Shown here piece by piece: positions 27,321 through 39,923 of a stretch of 64,000 nt of DNA. Under the pieces are notes generated by a model. That model was not told the origin of the DNA and did not search any database. It saw only the letters and a list, made by a program, of their open reading frames with translations. The position numbers and the translations under genes were made by a program. How positions within the stretch are numbered: the stretch's first letter is position 1; each line of letters opens with the position of its first letter. The DNA is from Octopus sinensis (Eukaryota): NCBI RefSeq assembly GCF_006345805.1, contig NC_043001.1, positions 62,744,001-62,808,000 of the forward strand, written 5' to 3'.

Positions 27321-28009
27321 AAACATCTATATTTATACTTTAAAGTTGGTTTTCATACCCAACCCAGTTCTGCAGAATCAGTGTCGTGACGGGAGCACAT
27401 GGGTTGGGAGTTTGATCGGCAGAGGTGATCAGGTTGCACCCCCTCCCATCATGTAACCCCACTTTGCCCATGGGTTGAGAACCCTACCAGCAAGGAAAAT
27501 AGAACGCCCAAAAGGGCTCCCGATCCTCTGTGTGAGAAGCGGTTATGTTCAGATCACAACTAAGTATATGTATATTGGCAACACACACACAAACATATAC
27601 GTACATACACTTATTGCATACATGTTTTTGCACGCCTTTGCCCCTGCCACCCCCACCTCCTACCCGAGTAATACCATCAATTAAAGCAAATTTGGCACCC
27701 AGACGTAACATTGTTTAAAAAATAATAGCTGATCGTTTGCGAAGGAGCGTGTCTACAGTCAACACGTAGGTCTTTTGCTCTGGTAACCTCTACTCTCTCC
27801 CATGTTCATGCACGACCAGCTATATATCGCTATGAGTAGAGCAACGGATTCGGCTAATTTGGAAATTAGTTGTGGAGAAACAGAGAATATCATTTATATT
27901 GTGTATGTATATATATATATTCAACAATATAAGGAATGGCCCTGATAGGCCATTCGACTCACTAGAAAGAGCAGCCAAACTCAAACCGCTAAATAGTTTT
28001 GCAATGCCC

Positions 28010-28400
28010 TTTACATTTGGGAAACAGGCTGATGCCTTGTTAATTACTTTAGGGAGTACAATCAAAGCTTACTACTATATATGCCTGGTTAATCTGTTGC
28101 CATCCACTTCAACACTATAAGCCATTGTCACTCACTTAGCAGTGTGTGCATCACTGTACACCATGGATTTGCATTCTCAAAGGAATAACATTTTATATTC
28201 AAACTTGACACCATGTCACCAGCACATATGAAACTCATGTGGTCTTGCATTCCTTATCAGTTGTAGGCAGATCTTTTAACTTAGAGGGTATAAAAGTCTG
28301 TTGTCTTTCATTTATTTCTCTCGTTTCAACTTTTCACCTGAAAAAAGACATTGTCTAAAACATTGGATTTTCCACTCCTCATGGCAAGTTCACTGTATGC
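28010..28400 (+). mobile_element. Penelope-like element, GIY-YIG endonuclease end and 3' pLTR
   Basis: YIWETG..L..YFREY (YIGETGRRL..RFREH), SVAIHFNT, KE*HFIFKLDTMSP; degenerate hammerhead-like motif at 28338-28363. Confidence 0.75.
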
Positions 28401-28659
28401 TTATATATATATAATTATCATCACTTAATAATTTCCCATACTTGCTTGATTCAGGCAGATTTTTCTTTGGCTCGATGCTTTTCCTGTTGCCAGCCCTCAC
28501 TTCTTATCAAGCAAGAATATATTTTCCAATATTCTGACATATTTTTACTGAAGACTGGAAACGAAAACCTCATGTGTGACGATGATGCTCATTTACAATC
28601 ATTGCATGATGTCTAGACAAGTGCACATTCAAGCACACATCCACCTGCATACATACACA

Positions 28660-28820
28660 ACACTATATTTTCGACAGTTTTGTTTCAGTTCTTGTCTTAA
28701 TCCATTTACATAGCTTTGTTCAGCTCAACACTATAGTATCAGACAATTGCTCTAAGTGGAACTGAACACAAGACCACATGGTAGGGAGGCATGCTTTTAA
28801 CCACACGACCATGCCTGTAT
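28660..28820 (-). mobile_element. tRNA-derived SINE head fragment
   Basis: GTGGAACTGAACACAAGACCACATGGTAGGGAGGCATGCTTTTAACCACAC is the reverse complement of the SINE head at 2661. Confidence 0.65.
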
Positions 28821-28849
28821 ATGTGTGATGGGGGGGGGGGCTAAATACA

Positions 28850-29390
28850 CTTTGCATAAAATGAAAAGAAAACACATTCCACCCAAAAATAAAAGTATTT
28901 TAAAAAATCAAAAAGTATTAACTAGATTATGACTGATAACAGTTAACTCTAAGTAACTGCCCACAGCTTCTACAATGGCTTCAAGAACTTCATGCATGCA
29001 TTCCTTATCGTGGGAAAATCTGTAAACACCTCCTTGATTTTGGCCTTGGTGTTGCAGGCAGAGTGGTTGATGTCCTTCTCAACTGTGCCCCATACATAGT
29101 AATTCATAGGGTTACAACTGGGGGGAATAGGAAGGGGCTATATACACGCACGCATGCATGTGCACATACAATACATCAACTTGTAGAAATTTTTCAACAA
29201 CCACTTCTGACACTTTTGGATGTATGGCAAGGAGCTAAATCCTGCTGCCATACATGGCCTTCCAACATCAACCTTCTCCAACCAGAGATTGAACACAATC
29301 TCCAGCAGCTTCAGACAGCCATCTGAATTGAGCCTAACATGTGGGGAAAAAATTCCAGCATTTTTCATGTCAACAATTTCAAAAAGCTAT
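28850..29390 (-). mobile_element. Tc1/mariner DD37D(maT)-like transposase relic
   Basis: LNSDGCLKLLE...GRPC...CQKWLLKNFY and NYYVWGTVEKDINHS..NTKAK; homologous to 35.4-35.8 kb. Confidence 0.75.
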
Positions 29391-29726
29391 AATCATCATA
29401 CATACATATAAATATGTGTGTGCATTACTATAAGCACTTACAGACTGTGAGGTGGAATTTTTCACTGTGAATATTTGCATGTGTTTGTGTATATATTCTT
29501 GGGTTACAATAAGTATCCATCCATCTATCTATCATCAACGCCAAAATTAATATGTCACCATGACCAATCATTAACTCCTTAATGACCAACAACACAACAA
29601 TAGATAAGATAAGCAACTCCATTTGAAATTTTAAAAAAAGAAAACAATTAGCTGAAGTAATGTTGTACTTTAGCGCATTTTAAATGTTGATTGAAATATA
29701 TATTAGTGAAAGAAGCAGTATTAATA

Positions 29727-30015
29727 CAGAGAGGTAATATTTATCCCCACTTAAAAGTGGGTGTTCTGTTAGAACAAACCCAGCTGCAGTAGAAACCATG
29801 AGAGAAACTCAATGGCTTTTGGTGCAAAATGTACTCTTGTTTATATCGCCAGTGGGAAGACAAATCCTTGCCATCTCCAGCACTGAGGCCACCAAATCAC
29901 ATTATTTTGACCTTCCTTGGTTTCATCAATGATGAATGCTCGACCATAGAGAAAGCAGCAACTCATTTGTTCTAAATATGGAAATCCACATTTAAGTGGA
30001 GATAGATATCACCTT
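29727..30015. mobile_element. MITE with ~55-bp imperfect terminal inverted repeats
   Basis: GGTAATATTTATCCCCACTTAAAAGTGG...TTAGAACAAA versus TTTGTTCTAAA...CCACATTTAAGTGGAGATAGATATCACC. Confidence 0.7.
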
Positions 30016-30509
30016 TTATTGAATTAAATGTCTTTGATCTTAAGTCAATGAGGGTTGACTTGAAACTAAACAGGAACAACAATTAACAAGTACAATATGA
30101 CCAGTGACATGAAAAAAAAAAGCAATATAAAACACCACCACTATCAACATAAAAATATAAAATGTCACCACTAGCAACTCACTAACTTTTGAATAACCAA
30201 ACCAATTATCCACAACAATAATAGTATCAGCATATTAGCTATATCAGTACAGTACTGTGTGTGTGTGTGTATAAGTAGAGAATAGCATTTGTATAGCTCG
30301 AGGCAAAGTGCCTATGAATCTGTAGCTCTTTGACCAACCGTAATCATATAACACTCTGTTACCTTTACATTCCATTTCCATTCATACATCCATTGGAATA
30401 AAGACAGTTTTTAGTTCTCACAAAGCAGTTCTTTCCTGGTGCTATTTTTGCTTTTACTATTACTGTTGTGGATAATTGCCAGGTGCCACCACTGGTGAAT
30501 TTACCAACA

Positions 30510-31920
30510 ACTTGAGATGTCTGGAAAGAGGCCATCAAGTGGAAGTGAAGGCAGTAGTGTTAGAAGGAGCTGTAAAGTTATTACACTGGATATCAAACTT
30601 GATATTTTAAAAAAGCTTGATTTTGGAGAAAAAGTCAGCCTTATTAAAGCTTGCACTGTCTACAGTAGGCACAGTACATGACAACAGAGAAAAATATTAA
30701 GTCAAATGCTCAAGAAGTAACTCCATTAACTGCTTGGACCTTATTTTTTTCATAAGTGATGCTTAAAATGAGATGGCTCTCAAGGATCAGACTCACTGTA
30801 TTGTGCTAAGCACAATTGTAATTAAAAAAAGCCTAAAGTTTGTATGACAGTTTTCAGAAAATGGAAGGTGTTTCTTCTAATGAAAAAACTTTTCTTATTA
30901 GTAAAGGCTAATTTGGAAGGTTTAAAGAGAGCTTGAATTTGCACAATATAAAGATTGGTGAAGCTGCCATTGCTGATAAAAAGGCTGCTATTAATTATCC
31001 TGAGCAGCTGGAGGGAACTACACACCAGAATAAGTATACAATGTTGACACTATACTTTTCTAGAAGCTCATGCTTCCTAGAACCTATATTTCTCAACAAG
31101 AAAAGTTAGCATGTCTGGCACTTCTGGGAGAAAATGCTGCTAGTGATACGAAATTAAAGCCATGTTTTTTTGGTCAAGAGTTACAGAAAGTTTAATTTGC
31201 TTCTGGAAAAGAGTGGTTTGCAAACATTTTTACTTTTACTATTGAAAGGTTCAGTTTCAAATGTAATATTTCCAACAAAGCATTGCTCATTGCACTAAGC
31301 CACCCAGTAAACTTAAATGTTTTCTGATAATGTGAGCACAGAATATACCCCCAAGAATACAACTTATTTATTCTAGTCAATGGATCAAGGTGTGATAGCT
31401 AATTTCAAGACATATAATGAGAAGAACTTTCAAACAGCTTATAATGCAATTGATTAGGAGGAAAGAAGTTTTAGAAAATGGATGCTGTGGAAAGCATAAC
31501 TGAATAATCATAGGATGTGAAATCTTCAACTACGAATAGTGGTTGAAAAAAATATATGACCAGACTGTATCTCTGACTTTAGAAGTTTTCCAGAAGAAGA
31601 AATTCTACCTTTTAAGTTGCTGATGCTGTTAGAACCAAACGAAATTGAGAATACAGAAATTCCATCAATACCACTTGAATTGATTGCAAAGAATATTGCT
31701 AATGGGTTATAGAGGAAGATCTGCAAGTTTCTACTAGTAACATTTATAGAGGAAGATCTGCAAGTTTCTACTAGTAACAACCATAATATGTGAATGTAGC
31801 ATAAAAATTACAAGAGGAGTTTATAATGAGCTCAGTTTCTTCACTGAACTGTATAAAGAGATTATATGCCATAAACACAAAGCAGTTTCAGATTAGTTCT
31901 TTTCCCCTCAAATAGATGAT
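30510..31920 (+). mobile_element. Tigger/pogo-like transposase pseudogene
   Basis: MSGKRPSS...KVITLDIKLDILKKLDFGEK (CENP-B HTH), NLHNIK.GEAAIAD..AA..YPEQL, YNVDT (DET), PRTYISQQEK, ILCSHYQK..NIFQQSIAH, ILVNGS (QPMDQG). Confidence 0.85.
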
Positions 31921-32787
31921 GATACTGAACTTTTAGATAGAATATAGTGTCCTTCATCCTCCCAGTAACTCTTTTTTCCTGTTGTCTTTCAAAAATACCC
32001 AAAATGCATTATAACTTATAAAAATTAATGGAAAAATAATTTTGCATTACAGGATTTCATGTTTTCAGAGACAATTTGCTCCCATAATGCTTGTAATCCC
32101 TATGTGTGTGTGTGTGTACATATGTATCTGTGTGTGAAGGAAATGGAGTTTGTAGCTACGTACTACATACATTTCAAAAGAAACCAAATGAATATTACGA
32201 TATTAATGTGCTGTGTAGATGTTTATCATTCCTTCTCATAGGGTTGCTTTTCTACTAATTTGTTCCAAGTTCATTTTTATAAAAGAATTTACCAAGAGGA
32301 ATCAGGAAAAAATTCATACAATTTCAACAGTAGAAGTGGGAGTAGACATAAAAAGATCAACCAACCAAACTTGTTATTCCTCTGTACTAACAAACTCTGG
32401 TGAAATGAAAAGGATTGTGGCTTTAGAAGGTCATTTCCTTATCTGTAGGAATGAAGTTTATGGAGTGGTCTTGGAAAGTTCATAGCTGACTAATATTGTC
32501 ATCTTGAGGTGATAAAATTGAAAAAAAGGTGCTGAAGTGATAATCACTTAAAAAATAAAAGATACTAGTTAGAATGTTGTTTGTAAGATAGTTCTACTCA
32601 AATAATCATCTTCCACCACCACCTATATAAACTAGTGCATGCACTCGGATTCCCCTACTCGATACAACAATACATTGAATAAAGTTAGACAATCACACAA
32701 ATGTATAGTATACTAATACATGTATATATAACAAAGAATATACATATATAGGTGCAAATACAAACATACACACATATATAAATATAC

Positions 32788-33600
32788 ATCATCATTTTAA
32801 TGTCCATTCTCTATGTTGGCATGAGTTGGACAGTTTGACGGGGGTTGGCCAGCTGGAGAGCTGCCCAGGTTTCATTTATCTGTTTTGGCATGGTTTCTAC
32901 AGCTGGATGCTCTTCCTAACACCAACCACTTAACTGAGTGTACTGGGTGCTTTTTATGTAGCACTGGCACCAGCACCCACAAGCCCGCAAAACTAGGATC
33001 TCTCAGCTGAGAGAGGAATGTAGAGGCCTTGCCCGTATGCATAGACATCCATGATTTTACTTAGCTTAGCATGTCTTCTCAAGCACAGCAAACCATCAGA
33101 AGTCTTGGTCCCTTGTCATCTCCTTGGTGAGGCCCAACATCTGAAGATCCTTTCTCACTACTACATCCCATGTCTTCCCTTCTACACATTCCTTCTACAA
33201 TTTGAGATTGGCACTTCTTGATGCAGCTGTCCTCATCCATAAGCATCACATAACCATACCAGCAGTCTTCTGTGTTGAACACCACATCTGATGTCTTGTA
33301 CACCCAATTTTTCTCTCATATAACTTACACTCTGTCATACATGAACAATAACATTACCCATCCAGCAGAACATGTTGGCTTCATTTCTTTCAAGCCTTCA
33401 CATGTCCTCAGTAGTCATAACCCATGTCTCACTGTCATGTAGCATAACTGTTCATACACAGGTATCATGTAGTCTGCCTTTTACTCTGAGGGAGAGGCCA
33501 TTTGTTATCAAGAAAGGTAAGAGCTCTCTGAACTTTGTCCAGCCTATTCTTTTTCTAGTAGCTACACTTTTGAAACTACCACTTCCACTGCTAACTTAAA
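32788..33600 (-). mobile_element. 5'-truncated RTE (ORF end + tail)
   Basis: WYGYVMLMDEDSCIKKCQSQIVEG...; CATCATC tail junction at 32788. Confidence 0.85.
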
Positions 33601-33740
33601 TAATGGAAACTGTCTACCACTTTTATATATAAATATCCCTAAACATATATACATTTAATAACATATATGCACACATACAAGCAAATAGATGAAAACACAC
33701 ACATACCTTTGAACATACACATATATGTATACACAATCTG

Positions 33741-34553
33741 CATTCCAACTTTCTTTTTCCTGTCAAAACTAATACCACATGGGCAAAGTCCTTTGAATGG
33801 AAGGTGTTACCACCTTCCCTCCTCATGCATGAAAATTTTTGTGCTGGTAGGCCATGTCAGTTCCTAGCTGTTATGCCAAGAGTACAGATGTGTAGTGCTT
33901 GCTCATTAGATTTTTGTTTCCAGCAAATACATCAAGCTGAGATATTGCATCAAGTTTTGCCGAAAGCTTTGTGATACTCAAATTCAAACCATCCATAAGG
34001 TTCTGCTGGCTTTTGGTAATTATGGAATGGGCAACTCTCAGATCAGGGAGTGGTACAAATTGCTTCAAACATGACTGCACCTCAGTGGAGAGTGAGGCAC
34101 ACTCAGGGAAGCCATCCACAAGCCAAAACAAGGAGCCAATTCAGGTGTGGCAAATAGTCATGGAAAACTGTCATGTAACAATCCAGAAAATTGCTCATGA
34201 AGTGGGAATAAGCATGGGATCAGTGCATTCCATTTTAACAGAGAATTTGTACATGCAGGTAGTGGTGGTGAAATCATTCCCAAGGTGCTGGTGGAGCAGC
34301 AGAATCAACTCTGCATGGAAATCACTCAGGTTATGCTGGATTATGCATAACCTGATGATGTGACATGGGTTTATGGTCTCTGCTGATGCATTTGGTCACC
34401 TTGTGTGAAAATGAAAATCCAACAAGCACTCACGGATGTGACTTTCCAGCACAAAAATTTTCATACATGTGCATGAAGTGAGGTATCAACTCCCATTCAA
34501 AGGATTTTGCCCACCTACCATTAGTTTTGGCAGGAAAAAACAAAGTTGGATAC
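33741..34553 (+). mobile_element. Internally deleted mariner element with ~105-bp TIRs
   Basis: YCIKFCRKL..., SVESEAHSGKPSTS, TIQKIAHEVGISMGSVHSILTENL; TIRs at 33741-33847 and 34446-34553. Confidence 0.85.
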
Positions 34554-34565
34554 CTTTTGAATGTA

Positions 34566-34603
<38 letters not shown>

Positions 34604-34748
34604 TATTTTATAAATACAATACATATTTTAATGAGCTACTAATAGTTTCATGCAATGAAAACAACTGAGACAGCATTTTATGATACATCTGGTGCCTTCA
34701 CACCACCAGATGCAGTACTTTTTTTGTTGATCTTACCATCGCAGAGCA

Positions 34749-34783
<35 letters not shown>

Positions 34784-34898
34784 ATTTTGACTTAACTTGA
34801 CAAGTTTTTATGTCTCTTTTTTTCTCAGGAACAGATATTATTAAAGTTGTAGTTGAGAAAAAGCTAGTTGACATGGAAGACTGGAAACTATCTGAATA

Positions 34899-35815
34899 TT
34901 GGAAAAGAGTTACTTGAATCATGATTTAAACTGGCTATCAAAATCCCATCATAATGACTGCCTCTCAATGCTCTGTGAACATTGTGACATGGACAGCCAC
35001 AATGGAGACTGTGAAGCTGTGGCCAGTAGGAATGGATATGACAGGCATTCTGATTGTGTCTGCATGCTAGAATTCATCCAACAACTTCAGGACAAGGTGC
35101 TGGAAGATCTGAGCAAGAGAATCTGTGTTTTGGTGAGAGAGATGGGTATTAGAGTCACTAATGCGAAGCTAAACTTGAATGAGGACCTTCAATACCACTT
35201 GTACAAGAGGCGCAATGGATACATTCTAACAACTAAAGCCAAGGAAAACTGCGTGATGAAGGCAAAGAAGCTCCTGAACAGGCTGAGTCATCTTGTTGAG
35301 CTGGGAATGATCTGATTCTTATCAGATGAAAAGAACTTATAACACCCAGAACTTCCATGGCTTGCCTATAATTCATGTATCATGAAAACCAAGTTCCCTC
35401 AAACCATGACGGTCGTCCTTGGGTGTGTCTCTGGTAAGACATCTTTGAACCTGCCCTAGGTTCAATTACTAGACAGAAAGTTGCTACTGGAAGGCTGTGT
35501 GGTTGCAGGATTCAGTTCCTTGTCATACCTACAGAAAAATTCAGAAGTGATTGTTGGAGAATTTCTACGACTTCAGTAGCTGCTACATCTGGCCTCCTAA
35601 TTCCTCCAAACATAATTCCACAGATTACTATGTGTGGGACACGGTTGAGAAAGACACCAACCATTCTTCCTGAAACACCAAGGCTGAGCAGGTGGCCAGG
35701 GTCAAGGAGGTGTTTAAAGATCTTCTCAGAGACATAATGAGGGGCACATGTCCCAGGTTCAGGAGTTGTCTTGGGATCATGGATAAGCTGTGGGCAGCTA
35801 CTTTGAGTAAACTGT
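34899..35815 (+). mobile_element. Tc1/mariner DD37D(maT)-like transposase relic
   Basis: KAKKLLNRL...FLSDEKN, WPPNSS..NSTDYYVWDTVEKDTN, CPRFRSCL..GSYFE*. Confidence 0.85.
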
Positions 35816-35835
35816 TATGTCTCAGCCATAATCAA

Positions 35836-37762
35836 TATCTATAAAGCTGAAATGTGAAAAGTTTGTCTCATTTTGGGGTTGGAATGGGTTAAGGGGCACT
35901 AGATCGGGTCGGATTGGCTCCAACATTTACAGGGACATGGAAAAAGGAGCGAGGAAGTGAGTGGACTGGGATAGATACCCTATCTCAAAAGCTGTGGTTA
36001 CTAGGGCAACAGAACCCACATTTTGACAAGTGTTTGTTGTTTCTCTCTTTCGCATATCACCCTCTCTTCCTCAATCTCTCTTTCCTCCCTTCCCTCCACA
36101 TTCTCTCTATAACAACGTTTGACAGCTTCCACTCTCTTTCCCCCACCACCTTTGCTGGCTCTGTCACTCTTTCTCCCACCGCCTCTCTCTCTCCCAGTAT
36201 GTCTGCCTTCATAGAGAGAAAGCGTTGACAGCCGCAAAAGTTTGAATATTCCCGCTACAGGTCTTTTACAACGGGGAATTATTATCACCCACCACACAAT
36301 CATGAGAACAAATTATATGAATTAGATATTTATTGGGTTAATTTATGTGGGTATGTGTGTCTATATAAATATGTACATATAATGTATATATATACAAAGT
36401 GTATATATCTGTATTTATATATATGTTTGTGTATATATAATTTGTATATATAATGCATATATATAATACATGTACATATATATATATATTTAATGCGTAT
36501 ATATATATTTATAATGTGTGCATTATGTGGTCAGATTGAGCTGAAAATATGCACATCTATGTTAAAAGTGCTGTCGTTTGCCTGGCAACTTTTTTTCCTC
36601 AAATGAAAGGTGTGGCCTCTAGGGCAAAATTTCTCATCTTTTAAAATGTTCCCCAAGTAGACCCGAATGAAATTGGGTTATAATACCAAAACAAATAAAA
36701 CAATGATAAACTATTTTAATCCCGAGCAAGACCGGGTTTCTCTGTCTATATACATATAAGGGGCTTTTGGTCAAAATGGTGTGCACATTTTGCTACGTCA
36801 GAGGTTGTTGGCCAGACCAGTGGTTGGATCGAGCTGAAAATTGAAGCAGGCATAGAAGGCATGATGAGGCAGAGAGTTGAGTAGGTTAAAATTTGCCAGT
36901 GATTTTTTTATCGATTCAAGGGGGCTCTAAGCCCCTCCAGATTGGCGCGATTGGCATCTAATCTAATCTATAAAATGAAGAAGGCAAACGTTGATACAAA
37001 TTGGATACAAATGTAAAAAGGTGTCTAAATGGGGCTGGAAGGGATTTGAATTTACAGGAGGGAGTAACTTGAGGTGAGAAATTGATTGGGAAACTAGTTG
37101 TGGCGCTACAGTGGTTGCTTTGGTGTGAAAACTGGGATTTTATTGATTTTGGGGTCTAGATTGGACACCTTTTGCCCGATTTCAATCATTTTCAACATGA
37201 TAAAGTGGAAGTGGATTTGTAATTTAAGCGTGGAAAATGGGTTTGAAATTTTGAAAATTAAGGTAAGATTTTTGAAGTTGAAAAAATTTCTCATTTTTAC
37301 ATATTTTTTCCTTTTATTTTTTATTATTTACAGTTATCATTTTTTCTAAAAGAAATTTACAGCTGCATGTAGCCTGTGTTTAGAGCTTTCATTTGCTTGG
37401 TCAATCATTGAAAAATTCCCAAAATAAGTACTAAATTTAATAAAGAAATATTTTTTCCCTTATTTTAATCGCTCAAATAGTGGCACATACAAAAGGCAAG
37501 TGTGCTTTCCATTGTCACTGCCTGATACTTATGATTGATCTTTCAAAATATTTTCTTTCTCAACTTACTCAAGATCTTTTGTTTTTTATAAATGGGAGAG
37601 AAATAGATAGAGAGTCAGAGAAAGCGAGAGAGAGTCCAAGAGAAAGGAAGAGTAAGAGAGTGGAAAAGTGAGAGAGAAACAAAGAAGGAGAATGTGGCGA
37701 TAAGAAACAGAAAGTAACAACCACACCCTCACCTGCGTGTAGAGCGGGTCACCTTAAGCTAA
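35836..37762 (-). mobile_element. Modular non-autonomous Helitron-like element, copy A
   Basis: Reverse complement of copy B along nearly its whole length; head TAGCTTAAGGTGACCCGCTCT, end CAAACTTTTCACATTTCAGCTTTATAGAT. Confidence 0.7.
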
Positions 37763-38254
37763 TCTAGTTGATATTTTTTGATTTTTTTCAAATACTTCTA
37801 TTTTTTAAAGGGATATTATTTTCTTTTATGTAAACTGTCAAATTTAGTCTGAACACACACACACACACACATTTATACACTCAAACATAGACATATTAAG
37901 AAAACTTGAACAGTTGTGCATTTACATAGATATATCCATAAATAAGAAATAAATAAATGCAAGAAACATCTAGATATGCATTTTGAGTGTCAGTCCTCAG
38001 GATAATGCAGAAGACAAAGTTTTTAATTTTCTTAATTATAGCTAGGTGAAACATCAATCAGGAATTATCAGTATGATACTTGGATTCATTAAGAAAAGAT
38101 AATAATAAAACTCAGTGGATAGAAGAAAAGGAACATTAGGTAGTTAGCAGCATTAGCAATTAGGAGGTGCACACAGTTATATAAAGGGAACTAGCTTAAA
38201 AGCAGCCCTATTGGGCAGCTTTTAAGTTAGTATATAGCTTTTAAGCAACTAACC

Positions 38255-38345
38255 TTGAATGGTATGATCTGCAAACAGATCTCTGACTTGTTTTGGAGAA
38301 TTTGTTGCAGTTGCTTCCTCCAGAGTCATATCCCAATGATGATCA
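38255..38345 (-). pseudogene. Helitron Rep/helicase linker fragment
   Basis: DHHWDMTLEEATATNSPKQVRDLFA matches the Helitron W.xTL.EA.....P.QLR.LFA motif. Confidence 0.7.
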
Positions 38346-38690
38346 TATTCGTTGCAAAAAATCATGTAAAAGAAATCACCAAAAACAATTGCAGTAATAA
38401 AAACATAGGAATCCAAAATTTCAGAATTGCAGATCATGATTCAGTCTGGAATGTTTTTAATTTACTCATGGAGTTTGCCTTTAGATTATAAAAATTGTTA
38501 TTGTACAAAAAAATTGTTACAAAAAGTCACGTAAAAAAATCACAGTAATGTAAACTTTGGAATCCAAAATTTCAGGATTGTGGGTCCAGATTTGGCCCAG
38601 AATGTTTTTTAATTTACTCACAGAGTCAGCCTGATTTTAAAATAGTATGATATGTTCTAGGAATAAAGTTGAAAAAGCGTGACACACTGA

Positions 38691-39620
38691 CATCATCCTC
38701 ATCATCATCATCGTTTAATGTCTGTTTTCCATGCTAGCATGGGTTGGACGGTTCGACCAGGGTCTGGGAAGCCAGGAGGTTGTGCCAGGCTCCAGTCTGA
38801 TCTGGCAGTGTTTCTACAGCTGGATGCCCTTCCTAACACCAACCACTCCGTGAGTGTAGTGGGTACTTTTTACGTGCCACCGGCACAGGGGCCAGTGGGG
38901 GCTGGCAAATGGCCACAATCGGTTGGTGCTTTTTACGTGTCATCGACACAGACGCCAGTCAGGCGACACTGGCATCAGCCACATTCGAATGGTGCTTTTT
39001 ACGTGCTACCAGCACGGGTATCTTAACTACAATTTCCATTTGATTTTTATTTTGATGTTAGTGTTGACGTACTTAACTCAATAGGTCTCCTCAAGAACAG
39101 CAGGTCACTCTACAATCAAAGGTTAGCACAGCAGGCCGTCCTGTGAGCCATGAACTCACTTCATTTGTCAGGTCTTCGAAGTCACAGCATATCTCCAGAG
39201 GTCTCGGTCTTTCGTCATAGCCTCTGTGAGGCCCAACGTATGAAGGTCATGCTTGACCACTTCATCCCATGTCTTCCTGGGTCTACCTCTACCCCAGATT
39301 CCTTCAACAGTTTGGGAGTGGCACTTCTTCACACATCTCTTCTCATCCATCCGTAATACATGACTATACCAACACAAACATCTCTCCTGCACGCCGCATC
39401 CGATGCTTCTTATTTCCAACATTTCTCTCAGGGTGCTTATACTCTGTAGTGCATGTACACTGACATTACACATCCAGTGGATCATGCTAGCTTCATTTCT
39501 TTCGAGCCTACGCATGTCCTCCACAGTCACAGCCCATGTTTCACTGCCGTGAAGCATGGCAGTTCGCACACGTGTTGTACAATCTACCTTTCATTCTGAG
39601 CAAGTGACTCTTTGTCGCCA
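38691..39620 (-). mobile_element. 5'-truncated RTE (ORF end + tail)
   Basis: ORF 39168-39569 RTAMLHGSETWAVTVEDMRRLERNEASM...GRGRPRKTWDEVVKHD; tail at 38691-39030. Confidence 0.92.
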
Positions 39621-39654
39621 GTTGGGGACATTTATTATATTATACTATTATATT

Positions 39655-39875
39655 AAGGTGGCGAACTGGCAGAAATGTTAGCACACCAGGCAAAATGCTT
39701 AGCAGTATTTCATCTGCCATTAGGTTTTGAGCTCAAATTCTGCCGAGGTCGACTTTGTCTTTCATCCTTTCAGAGTTGATGAAATTAGAACCAGTTAGGA
39801 ACTGGGGTTCATGTAATTGACTTAAGCCCTTTCCCCAAAATTTGAGGTCTTGTGCTTCCAGTAGAAAGGAGTTAT
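39655..39875 (+). mobile_element. tRNA-derived CORE-like SINE
   Basis: GGTGGCGAACTGGCAGAA head, GAGCTCAAATTC B-box-like, GACTTTGTCTTTCATCCTTTC..GTTGATGAAATTAG core-like segment. Confidence 0.7.
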
Positions 39876-39923
39876 TAAAGTTGAAGAAGTGTGAGACACT
39901 GACATTCACATTTATTATATTAG

